Assembly (NCBI GenBank): GCA_025774645.1
Contig: JALGVN010000003.1
Coordinates: forward strand, 1 to 56,024
Direction: 5' to 3'
DNA from: a bacterium
Lineage (GTDB): Bacteria; Joyebacterota; Joyebacteria; Joyebacterales; Joyebacteraceae
DNA length: 56,024 nucleotides
Positions 30,852 to 39,440 of the stretch are shown here, piece after piece. Both the position numbers and the translations under genes were made by a program. The first letter of the stretch is position 1; the number at the start of each line of letters is the position of its first letter. The notes under the pieces are model-generated. The model saw only the letters and a list, made by a program, of their open reading frames with translations. It had not been told where the DNA came from and searched no databases.

Positions 30852-30910
30852 CTCCACGCTCCTCGTGACACGCTGTTCGACGTAACGCGTTGTTCGACCG
30901 TCTGTTTCGC

Positions 30911-30939
30911 AGTCTAGCGGCGGTCCGGCGGCAAGTCAA
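30911..30939 (-). promoter_or_regulatory. Putative sigma70-type promoter of the kinase-porX operon (TTGACT-N17-TAGACT)
   Basis: Minus-strand reading: ccTTGACTtgccgccggaccgccgcTAGACTgcgaaaca. It lies between the serS terminator hairpin and the kinase start. Confidence 0.45.
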
Positions 30940-31005
30940 GGTCACGCCCGCGCCCGGAGTCCGGGCCGTGGGGGCGCGCGCGCTCGAGCAGGCGCCCCTA
31001 CGCAA

Positions 31006-31031
31006 GAGAGGCCGGGCGGTCCCGGCCTCTC
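31006..31031 (-). terminator. Hairpin (11-bp perfect stem, 4-nt loop) downstream of serS
   Basis: gagaggccggg-cggt-cccggcctctc read directly, about 64 nt after the serS stop. Confidence 0.5.
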
Positions 31032-31094
31032 GGAGCGGTCTTCGATCGTGAACCGGTCCGACCGCCGCTCGTCGAGCGCGGTCGCGGACCCCGG

Positions 31095-32366
31095 CTACGT
31101 GATCTCTTCGAGGCCGTCCATGTAGGGACGCAGCGCCTCCGGGACGACGATCGTACCCTTCTCGGTCTGGTAGTTCTCGAGGATCGCGACGACCGTGCGC
31201 GCCATCGCGACGCCCGAGCCGTTCAGCGTGTGGACGAAGCGGGCCTTCCCTCCCCCGGCGGGGTGGTACCTGAGCCCGGCGCGCCTCGCCTGGAAGTCCT
31301 CGAAGTTGCTGCACGAGGACACCTCGAGCCACTGCTCCACTCCGGCCGACCACGCATCGATGTCGTAGCACTTCGCCGCCGAGAACGAGAGGTCGCCCGT
31401 GCAGAGGATCTTGACCCGGTACGGAAGCCCGAGCAGCTGGAGGACCTTCTCGGCGTTCGCCGTCAGCGCCTCGAGCTCGTCGTACGACGTGTCGGGCTCG
31501 ACGAGCTTCACGAGCTCGACCTTGTCGAACTGGTGCACGCGGAGGAGACCGCGGGTGTCCTTTCCGTACGATCCCGCCTCGCGGCGGAAGCACGGCGTGT
31601 AGGCGGTGTACTTGAGCGGGAGCTTCTCGCCCTCGAGGATCTCCCCGCGGTGGAGGTTCGTGAGGGGCACCTCGCCCGTCGGGATGAGGAAGAGATCGTC
31701 CTCCGGGCTGTGGTACATGTCGTTCTCGAGCTTCGGGAGCTGCCCGGTCCCCACCATCGCGGCGCGGTCGGCGACGAACGGCGGGGACACTTCCGTGTAC
31801 CCGTGCTCGCGCGTGTGGAGGTCGAGCATGAACGCGATGAGGGCGCGCTCGAGGCGCGCTCCCGCCCCCTTGAACGCGACGAAACCGGAGCCGGCGATGC
31901 GGCTCCCCGCCTTGAGATCGAGGATGCCGAGCGTCTCTCCGATCTCCCAGTGAGGGACGGGCGAAGGCGTCAGCGACGAGGGCTCGCCCCACTCGCGCAC
32001 CAGGACGTTCTCGTCCTCGTCCCGGCCGACGGGCACCGACTCGTGCGGGACGTTCGGGATCGTGAGGAGGATCTCATCGAGCTTCCCGCGGACGCCCCCG
32101 ATCTTCTCGTCGAACTCCTTGATCCGAGCGGACACCTCGCGCATCCGCTCGATCTCGGCGGAGGCGTCGGCCCCCTCCTTCTTGAGCCGCGCGATCCTCT
32201 CGCTCTCGACGTTCCGCTCGTTCTTGAGCGCTTCCGACTCGACGAGGAGCGTGCGCAGGTCCTCATCGAGAGAGAGGAGGCCGTCGAGATCCGCCTTCTC
32301 CCCCTTGTCGAGGATCGCCTTCCGGACGACGTCCGGGTTCCCGCGTATGAACTTCATTTCCAGCAT
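31095..32366 (-). CDS. serS: Seryl-tRNA synthetase
   Basis: [18 protein letters not shown]-terminal coiled-coil arm. Class II motifs ([25 protein letters not shown]; [18 protein letters not shown]). Confidence 0.95.
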   Translation of the reverse strand: MLEMKFIRGNPDVVRKAILDKGEKADLDGLLSLDEDLRTLLVESEALKNERNVESERIARLKKEGADASAEIERMREVSARIKEFDEKIGGVRGKLDEILLTIPNVPHESVPVGRDEDENVLVREWGEPSSLTPSPVPHWEIGETLGILDLKAGSRIAGSGFVAFKGAGARLERALIAFMLDLHTREHGYTEVSPPFVADRAAMVGTGQLPKLENDMYHSPEDDLFLIPTGEVPLTNLHRGEILEGEKLPLKYTAYTPCFRREAGSYGKDTRGLLRVHQFDKVELVKLVEPDTSYDELEALTANAEKVLQLLGLPYRVKILCTGDLSFSAAKCYDIDAWSAGVEQWLEVSSCSNFEDFQARRAGLRYHPAGGGKARFVHTLNGSGVAMARTVVAILENYQTEKGTIVVPEALRPYMDGLEEIT

Positions 32367-32408
32367 AGACCTATCCGCTCACGGGGCGCGCCGTGACGCC
32401 GGCACGCG

Positions 32409-33578
32409 TCAACGAACTTTGATGGTGTCGTGTGACTCCTTGGGCTCCGGCACCTCGGTCGTCGCCGAAGTCGCCTTCGCCGCGGGGCGAGGAGGAGTCA
32501 GGAGCACGAGCTCCTCCTGAGTCGGCTCGTGGAGGACGCGAGCGTTCTCGAGGGCCTCGAGCGCGCGTTCGGCGACCGGAACGCGGATGAGCCTGAGTCC
32601 GAGAAAGGTCAGGCCGCCGCCGGCCGCGAGAGCCACGAGCGCCACGACCCGGGGATGGTCCATCTGGAAGTACGACAGGTAGACCGCCACTCCGGTCAGC
32701 GACGCGGAGATGAGGTAGATCGTGGTCGCCGTCTGGCGCGCGGTGAGTCCCAGCCGCGCCAGCCTGTGTGAGCTGTGGTCCCTTCCCCCCTGCGCGACGT
32801 CGCGGCCCTCTCTCAGGCGGGCGACCGTCACGAAGAACGCGTCGAAGATCGGGTAGCCGAGCATGAGGACCGGGATCAGAAGGGCGGTCGAGCCCGCTCC
32901 CGCGTAGGAGATCGCGCGGAGCGACAGCCCTCCGACGACGTACCCCAGGAAGAGACTCCCGGCGTCACCCAGGAAGATCGACGCCGGCGCGAAATTGTAT
33001 CGGAGGAATCCCAGCGCGCCCCCGGCCACCGCGATCGCGGCGATCGCCGTGTGGATGTTCCCCTGACCGAGCGCGAGCGTGAAGATGCCGAAGGTCGCGA
33101 TCGCAGCGAGCCCCGAGGTGATGCCGTCCATGTTGTCGAGGAAGTTGAACGCGTTCATGAGGCCGACCATCCAGAAGAGGGCCAGCGGGAACGCGATCGG
33201 AAGCGGGAGCGGGATGCCTTCGACGCCCCCGGAGAAGAGCATGACGGCGGCCGCGGCGGCCTGGCCCGTCAGCTTCACACTGGGCCGCATCCCGTTCGCG
33301 TCGTCGGCGAGACCCAGCACGACGACGATGAGCCCGCCCGACATGAACCCGACGATCCGAGCGCTGTAGGGGCACTCGATGAGCGCCAGCGCGGCGGCGG
33401 CAGCCGAGAGGCTCGCCAGCGCCACAGCGATGCCGCCCATGAGCGGCGTGGGCGTCAGATGCACCTTGCTCTGACTCGGGAAGTCGAGAAAGCGCAGCCT
33501 CGTGGCCAGGCCGCGGACAGCCGGGGTGAGAGCGAGGACCGCCAGCAACGACAGCCCGAAAGCGCTAAGAAAGACCAT
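32409..33578 (-). CDS. Polyprenyl-phosphate N-acetylhexosamine-1-phosphate transferase (MraY/WecA/WbpL family, glycosyltransferase family 4)
   Basis: About 10 TM helices. Family motifs GLADD, NAFNFLDNMDG, FLGDAGSLFLGY. It carries a C-terminal soluble tail of about 70 aa. Confidence 0.85.
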   Translation of the reverse strand: MVFLSAFGLSLLAVLALTPAVRGLATRLRFLDFPSQSKVHLTPTPLMGGIAVALASLSAAAAALALIECPYSARIVGFMSGGLIVVVLGLADDANGMRPSVKLTGQAAAAAVMLFSGGVEGIPLPLPIAFPLALFWMVGLMNAFNFLDNMDGITSGLAAIATFGIFTLALGQGNIHTAIAAIAVAGGALGFLRYNFAPASIFLGDAGSLFLGYVVGGLSLRAISYAGAGSTALLIPVLMLGYPIFDAFFVTVARLREGRDVAQGGRDHSSHRLARLGLTARQTATTIYLISASLTGVAVYLSYFQMDHPRVVALVALAAGGGLTFLGLRLIRVPVAERALEALENARVLHEPTQEELVLLTPPRPAAKATSATTEVPEPKESHDTIKVR

Positions 33579-33613
33579 GACAGTTCCTTGTCCTACCGGT
33601 CCCGTATGCGGGG

Positions 33614-33642
33614 ATTCTTCTCAACGGACACACAGCTGTCAA
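33614..33642 (-). promoter_or_regulatory. Putative sigma70-type promoter of the WecA-like gene (TTGACA-N17-AAGAAT)
   Basis: Minus-strand reading: gcTTGACAgctgtgtgtccgttgagAAGAATccccgc. AAGGAA RBS precedes ATG 33578. Confidence 0.4.
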
Positions 33643-33720
33643 GCTCTTTCTCTGGCGCCCACCTCCTCCCCGGACGGTCGGGCGGCGCCGGAACTCGGGG
33701 ATGATCCCGGCGTCCGTCTG

Positions 33721-34680
33721 TTACCTCTTGAAGTGCGCGACTACCTTCTCCAGGAGTTCCTGCAGCGACACCTCAGGCTCGTAGCCGATCGCGCTCCTGA
33801 TCTTCGTGAGATCGGGGACGCGCCTCCGCATGTCTTCGAACCCCTGCTCGTACGCCTTGTCGTACGGGATGTAGTCGACCGGCGAGGACGAGGCGGTGAG
33901 TTCCTTGATCCGCTCGGCGAGTTCCTCGATCGAGGTCTCCTCGTCGCTTCCGAGGTTGAAGACGTCGCCGTTCGCGGTCGGTTCCTCCACGAGTCCCAGA
34001 ACGCCGCGGACGACGTCTGAGACGTCGCAGAAGCAGCGCGTCTGCTTCCCGTCCCCGTAGACGGTGAGCGGATGGTCGAGGAGCGCCTGCTTCACGAACC
34101 GCGGAATCACCATGCCGTACTGGCCGGTCTGCCGCGTGCCGCACGTGTTGAAGCAGCGGACGATGATCACGGGGAGCTTCTTCTCCCTGTGGTACGCGAG
34201 CGCGAGGAACTCGTCGATCGCCTTGGAGGAAGAGTACCCCCACCGCGAGATGGTCGTCGTCCCGAGGATTCTGTCGTCGGTCTCCTTGCACGGCTGGGAG
34301 TTCGCCTTCCCGTAGATCTCCGAGGTCGAGAAGATGACGACCATCTTCTTCTCCTCGTTCGCGTGCTGGAGGACGATCTCCGTCCCCTTGATGTTCGTCT
34401 CGAGCGACTTCAGCGGGTTGTCGATGATGTAGGCCACGCCGACGGCTGCCGCGAGGTGGAAGACGATGTCCGACTTCGAGGTCGCCTCGGCGACCACCCT
34501 CTCGTCCAGAATGGTGTCGATGGTGTAATGGAACTTGGGATGGCTCTCCAGGTGAGCGATGTTCTCGAAGCGGCCGGTTGAGAGGTCGTCAATCACCCAG
34601 ACCTCGTCGCCCCTGTCGAGAAGCGACTCGACCAGATGCGACCCGATGAAGCCCGCCCCCCCTGTCACGAGTGCCTTCAT
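33721..34680 (-). CDS. NAD-dependent sugar-nucleotide dehydratase/decarboxylase (extended SDR; ArnA C-terminal / UDP-glucuronate decarboxylase-like)
   Basis: MKALVTGGAGFIGSHL Rossmann motif. FSTSEIYGK....ISRWGYSSSKAIDEFLALAY closely parallels the ArnA/UXS catalytic S...YxxxK region. Start trimmed to ATG 34680. Confidence 0.82.
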   Translation of the reverse strand: MKALVTGGAGFIGSHLVESLLDRGDEVWVIDDLSTGRFENIAHLESHPKFHYTIDTILDERVVAEATSKSDIVFHLAAAVGVAYIIDNPLKSLETNIKGTEIVLQHANEEKKMVVIFSTSEIYGKANSQPCKETDDRILGTTTISRWGYSSSKAIDEFLALAYHREKKLPVIIVRCFNTCGTRQTGQYGMVIPRFVKQALLDHPLTVYGDGKQTRCFCDVSDVVRGVLGLVEEPTANGDVFNLGSDEETSIEELAERIKELTASSSPVDYIPYDKAYEQGFEDMRRRVPDLTKIRSAIGYEPEVSLQELLEKVVAHFKR

Positions 34681-34762
34681 CCGACCTCGCTTTCCCGCTG
34701 TTCGGCGGCCCGCACATAACAGAGACGCGACGCGCGTCGCGTCCATTCAACCGTAACTGCAG

Positions 34763-34791
34763 AGTATAGAGACAGGCAATCAGGAGCGCAA
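34763..34791 (-). promoter_or_regulatory. Putative sigma70-type promoter of the dehydratase gene (TTGCGC-N17-TATACT)
   Basis: Minus-strand reading: ggTTGCGCtcctgattgcctgtctcTATACTctgcag. The predicted 5' UTR contains the 20-bp palindrome at 34724-34743. Confidence 0.35.
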
Positions 34792-34912
34792 CCGTAAACG
34801 GCTGCGCCACTCCCTGTTCGCCGTCTTCGTGCAAGCGGCGTGCCGCAGGGCCGGATTCGGCCAAACCGCGCGTGAGACGGTGAGTTACGGGGAGCCGCAA
34901 GGGGCTTTGGTG

Positions 34913-34942
34913 TTGACCCTCCCGCGTGCGGTCGCGTACCAT
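34913..34942 (+). promoter_or_regulatory. Putative sigma70-type promoter of the GT4-flippase operon (TTGACC-N18-TACCAT)
   Basis: Plus-strand reading: gtgTTGACCctcccgcgtgcggtcgcgTACCATctg, 75 nt upstream of ATG 35017. Confidence 0.35.
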
Positions 34943-35016
34943 CTGAGCCCTGCGGGACGCGCGTCCTGAGGCGTCGCGGCCTCCGCAGCCAACCCCGGAA
35001 AGGGCTCACCTCCAGG

Positions 35017-36234
35017 ATGAAGATCCTCTATCTCACCCACGGTGTACCGGAGAGCCAGGCTCGCGGCGGGAACATCACGAACTTCTACCGGATCGTCCAG
35101 CTGGCGCGGGCGGGTCACGAAATGACGGTCTTCTCCCTCCTCACGCCCGAGGAGGCCGACGCCGGCGCGCCGGAGCTTGCCCGGATCGCCCGCGTGGAGA
35201 TGGTCACGGACGTCCCGCGCGCCTCCATCCCGCGATACCTCGCGAACCTCCTCGACCCCCTCCCCTGGCCGATCCGGAAGTACATGTCTCGCGCCGCCGA
35301 CCGGCGGGTCCGGGAGATCCTCACGAGCCAGCGATTCGATCTCGTGATCGGCCACAGCATCCACAGTGCCACCAGGCTGGCGGCGGTCCGCTCGGCCACG
35401 TCCGCACCGTATCTGCTCTTCGCACCGAACGTGCAGGCGACGATAATGGACCTCTACTGGCGCCACCTCCGGAACCCGGCAGCGCGGCTCTACGCGTGGA
35501 TCCAGTGGAGGAAGACGGCTGCGTACGAAGGCGCCATGGCGTCGCGGTTCGACCGGGTGCTCGTCTATTCGGAGACGGACCGGGCCGGGCTCCTCGAGCT
35601 GTCGCCGAAGGCTGAGGTGGAGATCGTGCCGATCACGCTCGACGTCGCCGCCCTGGCGCAGGGAGACGAACGCGAGGAGATCGACATTCTCTTCATCGGC
35701 TACTTCGGCTGGGTCCCCAATCTGGACAGCCTCTCCTGGTTCGTCAGGAGCATCCTGCCTGCCATCCACGAGAGAAGACCGGAGACGGGCGTCGCGATCG
35801 TCGGAGCCGGGACGCCTGCGTGGGTCGATGGTCTCGGCGAGCGAGACGCGAGGATTCGCGTCTACGGAAGGGTCGAGGACGCGGCCCCGTACTTCAAACG
35901 CGCGCGTGTCATCGTGGTGCCGCTCAGGATCGGCAGCGGCGTCCGCGTGAAGATCGTCCAGGCGATGGCGATGGGACGGGCGGTCGTGACGACGTCGAAG
36001 GGCTGCGAGGGACTCGAGGTCGTGAGCGGCGAGCATCTCGTGGTCGCGGACGAACCGTCCGGCTTCGCCGACGCGGTCGCGCGACTCCTCGACTCGCCTG
36101 AGGAACGGCGAGCTCTCGGCGACCGAGGGCGCGAACTCGCGTTCGAGAAGCACGACGCCATGGCGGACCGGACGCCCCTCGTCGAGCTCTGCGAGAGAAT
36201 CGTCCGGGAACATGAGACGGAGGGACGGTGCTGA
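35017..36234 (+). CDS. Glycosyltransferase family 4 (GT-B fold)
   Basis: MKILYLTH..GGN N-terminal domain. C-terminal domain has the GT1/GT4 pattern (VVPLRIGSGVRVKIVQAMAMGRAVVTTSKGCEGLE, the E-x7-E region). Confidence 0.8.
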   Translation: MKILYLTHGVPESQARGGNITNFYRIVQLARAGHEMTVFSLLTPEEADAGAPELARIARVEMVTDVPRASIPRYLANLLDPLPWPIRKYMSRAADRRVREILTSQRFDLVIGHSIHSATRLAAVRSATSAPYLLFAPNVQATIMDLYWRHLRNPAARLYAWIQWRKTAAYEGAMASRFDRVLVYSETDRAGLLELSPKAEVEIVPITLDVAALAQGDEREEIDILFIGYFGWVPNLDSLSWFVRSILPAIHERRPETGVAIVGAGTPAWVDGLGERDARIRVYGRVEDAAPYFKRARVIVVPLRIGSGVRVKIVQAMAMGRAVVTTSKGCEGLEVVSGEHLVVADEPSGFADAVARLLDSPEERRALGDRGRELAFEKHDAMADRTPLVELCERIVREHETEGRC

Positions 36235-37778
36235 CGCCGACAGGTCCCCGGAACGACCCCGGCGCCGGCGGGGCGCCCGGCCAAGGGTACTTCGAGAGCT
36301 TCGTCTGGAACAGCGTCGCCAGGATCGGCGACTTCGGCCTCGCGTATCTCTTCTCGGTCCTCGTCGCCAGGATGCTCGACCCCGCGGGTTACGGCAGCTA
36401 CGCCTCGATCGTCTCCATCGCGACGTTCGTCCTCGTCATCTCCGACGCCGGCATCGGCAAGGCGCTCAACCGCTACCTCGGAGCCGCTTCGGCGTCGCCC
36501 GACGGCGCCCTCGAGATCCCCACCCTCGTTCGCTCGCTGTTCGTCGCGAGGCTCGTCCTGATCGGGGTGCTCACGGCCGGCGTCTTCTTCGGGCGCGGAC
36601 TCGTCGCGGCGTGGTTCCAGAACAACGCGATCGCCCCTCTCATCGCGATCACGGCGCTCTACCTCGTGATGCACAGCCTCGCGATGTTCGCGGTCGCCGT
36701 TCTCACGAGCTTGCTGCGGACGAGAGTGGTGGGAATCTTCACCCTCGTCGTCAGGGTCGCCAACCTCGTCCTCGCGTACGTGCTCCTCTCGAGGGGCGCC
36801 GGTGTGGGCGAGATCATGGTGCTGCTCGGAGTGACGAGCTCCGTGCTCTTCATGGCCTACCTGAGCCAGATCAGAGCCGCCTTCGGCGGACCGTGCCGCC
36901 CGGTCGACCTGCCGCGCCTGCTGATGTACGCGGCCAACGGGTCGGTCCTGGGAGTCGTCAGCTTCGGACTCGGCCGGCCGGCCGACGTCATCCTCCTGAA
37001 CGCGATCCGCCACAGCCAGACCGAGGTCGCCATCTACGACGTGGCCTACTCGCTCGTGCGCACGGTGGCGAGCGCGCTTCCCATGGGAATGATCGGAGTC
37101 GCGCTCACTCTCTTCTCAAGGCGCCACCGCGCGCGTCCGGGATCGGTCGGCGTGCTTTGGCAGTCACTCGTGGTCCTGCTCGGCGCGGCGGTCGTCCCGC
37201 CCGTCGTCTTTCTCATCGCGAACGCGCGGGCCTGCGTGCTCGCTGTCTACGGTGCGAGCTACGTCCAGGCGTCCACGCTTCTCCTGGCGTTCGCCGTGCC
37301 GATGTGCGTCGGGTGGCTCTTCGGCGGGGAGTCGAGCGCGACGGCCCTCCTGTCGACCGATCACATGCGCACGTCGGTTCGCATCCGCATCGCCGCGGTC
37401 GTCACGAACGTCGCCGTCAACGTCTTCCTGATCCGCGAGATGGGACCGGTCGGGGCGCTTCTCGGGACGGGACTCGTGAACGCGGGCGTGTACGTCGTCG
37501 AGGCGCTGGCCGTGAGACGTGTCCTGGGAACGGGCGTTCCGGTCAGGCACGTCCCGGGCGTCCTCGTCGCCATGGCCGCGGCGCTCGCCCCGTCGCTCGT
37601 GCTCAAGCCCGCAGGAATCGCTCAGGTGCTCGGTCACGGCGTGCTCTTCGTCGGGATCTACCTCGCCGTGCTCGCGCTCCTCCGACCGCTTCCCACGCTG
37701 GACGAAGGTCTCGTCTCGGCCCTCCCCCTCCGGCTCGGACGATTCCTCACGCGCCTGTGCGCGGCGGAGCGAGTCTGA
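36228..37778 (+). CDS. Oligosaccharide/polysaccharide flippase (Wzx, MOP superfamily)
   Basis: About 12-14 TM helices. N-terminus FVWNSVARIGDFGLAYLFSVLVARMLDPAGYG is typical of Wzx/PST proteins. GTG start overlaps the GT4 stop by 7 nt. Confidence 0.72.
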   Translation: MLTPTGPRNDPGAGGAPGQGYFESFVWNSVARIGDFGLAYLFSVLVARMLDPAGYGSYASIVSIATFVLVISDAGIGKALNRYLGAASASPDGALEIPTLVRSLFVARLVLIGVLTAGVFFGRGLVAAWFQNNAIAPLIAITALYLVMHSLAMFAVAVLTSLLRTRVVGIFTLVVRVANLVLAYVLLSRGAGVGEIMVLLGVTSSVLFMAYLSQIRAAFGGPCRPVDLPRLLMYAANGSVLGVVSFGLGRPADVILLNAIRHSQTEVAIYDVAYSLVRTVASALPMGMIGVALTLFSRRHRARPGSVGVLWQSLVVLLGAAVVPPVVFLIANARACVLAVYGASYVQASTLLLAFAVPMCVGWLFGGESSATALLSTDHMRTSVRIRIAAVVTNVAVNVFLIREMGPVGALLGTGLVNAGVYVVEALAVRRVLGTGVPVRHVPGVLVAMAAALAPSLVLKPAGIAQVLGHGVLFVGIYLAVLALLRPLPTLDEGLVSALPLRLGRFLTRLCAAERV

Positions 37779-37848
37779 CCCCACCCCACGAAGAGCCCCC
37801 TGCACCCGCGACCCCGGTGTACCCGGGAATCCCCGAACGCCAGCCGGC

Positions 37849-39315
37849 TCAGCTCGTCTCTCCGCGCGCGCGGTGCCGCTCGAAGATCGCCTGCGCGTAG
37901 CCGAGTGTGAGTACGAGGACGAGGACGGAGGCCCGCCTGTAGAACTGCGGACTGGTGACGGACAGCGGAAGGAACGTGATGACGACGCTCGCCCCGGCAA
38001 TCAGGACGGCGTGTTCGTAGATCCCGACGGCGAGCTTCGACGATCGCCAGACCCGTCGCAGGCCGGAGACGTAGAAGGCGAGGAACGCGCCGAGGCCGAC
38101 GATCCCGATCTTGAAGAGGAAGAACAGGTAGGCGTTGTGCGCGAACGTGCGGGTGACACGGTAGCCGAGCGCGGGCGACATGTACGATCCGTACGTCCCG
38201 AGGCCGTGTCCGATCACGGGGCTCTCAGGGATCTGCCTGAACCAGCCGGCCGTCTCGGCGGCGCGCTCGAGCACGGCCATGTCGCGCATCGGCGAGCTGA
38301 TCGTGGTCGCACGCTGCGCGAGAGATCCCACGATCTCGACGAGCTTCGTCCCGAACGCGGCGAAACCAGCTGCCGCGAAGCACGCCAGCATCATGAAGAC
38401 GAACCCTAGAACTCTGCCAGGACGCTTGCTCCTCGCCGCCACGATGAGCATCGCGAGCGCTCCCCACAGCCAGTAGCCGCGGGTGAGCGACACAGCCAGC
38501 GCGAGAGCCGCGATGACCGAGAACGCGATCGAGCCGACGAACGCGCCGCGTGATCTCGCGCGAAGGAACACGGCGAACCCGCCGACCAGGGTCGCCATCG
38601 CGAAGACCTCGTGGAACGGCGCCCGCAGGTACTGGATCTGGTCGAGCGACGCGGCCGACGCTGACGCCTGATACCACGACACGGCGACGACCGCGTGGAT
38701 CGTGATGACGGAGAGGAAGCACGTCAGAAGGACGACCGCGCTCCGCCTCTCCTGCAGCGCATCGGCGAGCGGGAAGAACAGGAGGAGGTACGAGATCCTG
38801 ACCAGATCGCGAAGCCACCACTCGACGCTGCCCTTGAAGACCACCGTCTGGATGACCGACGCGAAGCACACTCCCAGGAAGATGAGGAGGGTCCTCCCGA
38901 GTGGCGAGCGCAGGATGCTCCGCCCGGCGGCGGTCGGTCCGCGTCGAAGGAGCCACCCCCCGATCGTCGCGAAGAAGATGCCGGCGTAGGCGATCTCCTC
39001 GAAGTCGATGCCCTCGCTTCCCTGGAGCAGCCGCACCTGGACGAGGATCATAATGGCGAGACCGACCGTAGCCGACCGGAACGAGAGGACGAAGGCGGCG
39101 ACGTAGGCGAGGGCCGCGAGAAGAAGAAGAGGCTCGCGCGCGCCGTAGACGGCGGCCGCGATCTGCGCCGCGACGATCGCGGCGATGCCCGCGAGCACGC
39201 CGGCCCTCACGTGCGCCGGACAGGCCGGATCGAGGAGCGCGCTCCAGGGACGGAGCTCCGACGCCGTGGCGCCGTCACCGGTTTCCGCCCCCTGAATGCC
39301 TGTCGTCTCTCTCAT
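37849..39315 (-). CDS. O-antigen ligase/polymerase family membrane protein (Wzy_C-type)
   Basis: At least 10 TM helices with a large loop containing ...LTRGYWLWGALAML... and ...PVIGHGLGTYGSY..., as in Wzy/WaaL-type proteins. Confidence 0.68.
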   Translation of the reverse strand: MRETTGIQGAETGDGATASELRPWSALLDPACPAHVRAGVLAGIAAIVAAQIAAAVYGAREPLLLLAALAYVAAFVLSFRSATVGLAIMILVQVRLLQGSEGIDFEEIAYAGIFFATIGGWLLRRGPTAAGRSILRSPLGRTLLIFLGVCFASVIQTVVFKGSVEWWLRDLVRISYLLLFFPLADALQERRSAVVLLTCFLSVITIHAVVAVSWYQASASAASLDQIQYLRAPFHEVFAMATLVGGFAVFLRARSRGAFVGSIAFSVIAALALAVSLTRGYWLWGALAMLIVAARSKRPGRVLGFVFMMLACFAAAGFAAFGTKLVEIVGSLAQRATTISSPMRDMAVLERAAETAGWFRQIPESPVIGHGLGTYGSYMSPALGYRVTRTFAHNAYLFFLFKIGIVGLGAFLAFYVSGLRRVWRSSKLAVGIYEHAVLIAGASVVITFLPLSVTSPQFYRRASVLVLVLTLGYAQAIFERHRARGETS

Positions 39316-39440
39316 GAGTTCTGGTCCCGGGGTCAGCGCGCCGGGGGATTCGACCGTACCTCGTGACTGGGATCGCGGGACGGACGGCTCGAATCACCGG
39401 CGGATTCAGCGGTGCGTCGGCCCGCGAGTCGACCGGCGGA

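Noticed and set aside
28455-30917. 820-aa ORF on the + strand. Similar long shadows occur at 46080..48536(+), 45979..47973(-), 42533..44647(+), 35862..37013(-) and 36212..37900(+).
   Set aside because: All lie antisense to, or in an alternative frame of, genes with clear family motifs. Their compositions are dominated by Arg, Pro, Gly, Asp and Glu. They are GC-rich frame artefacts.
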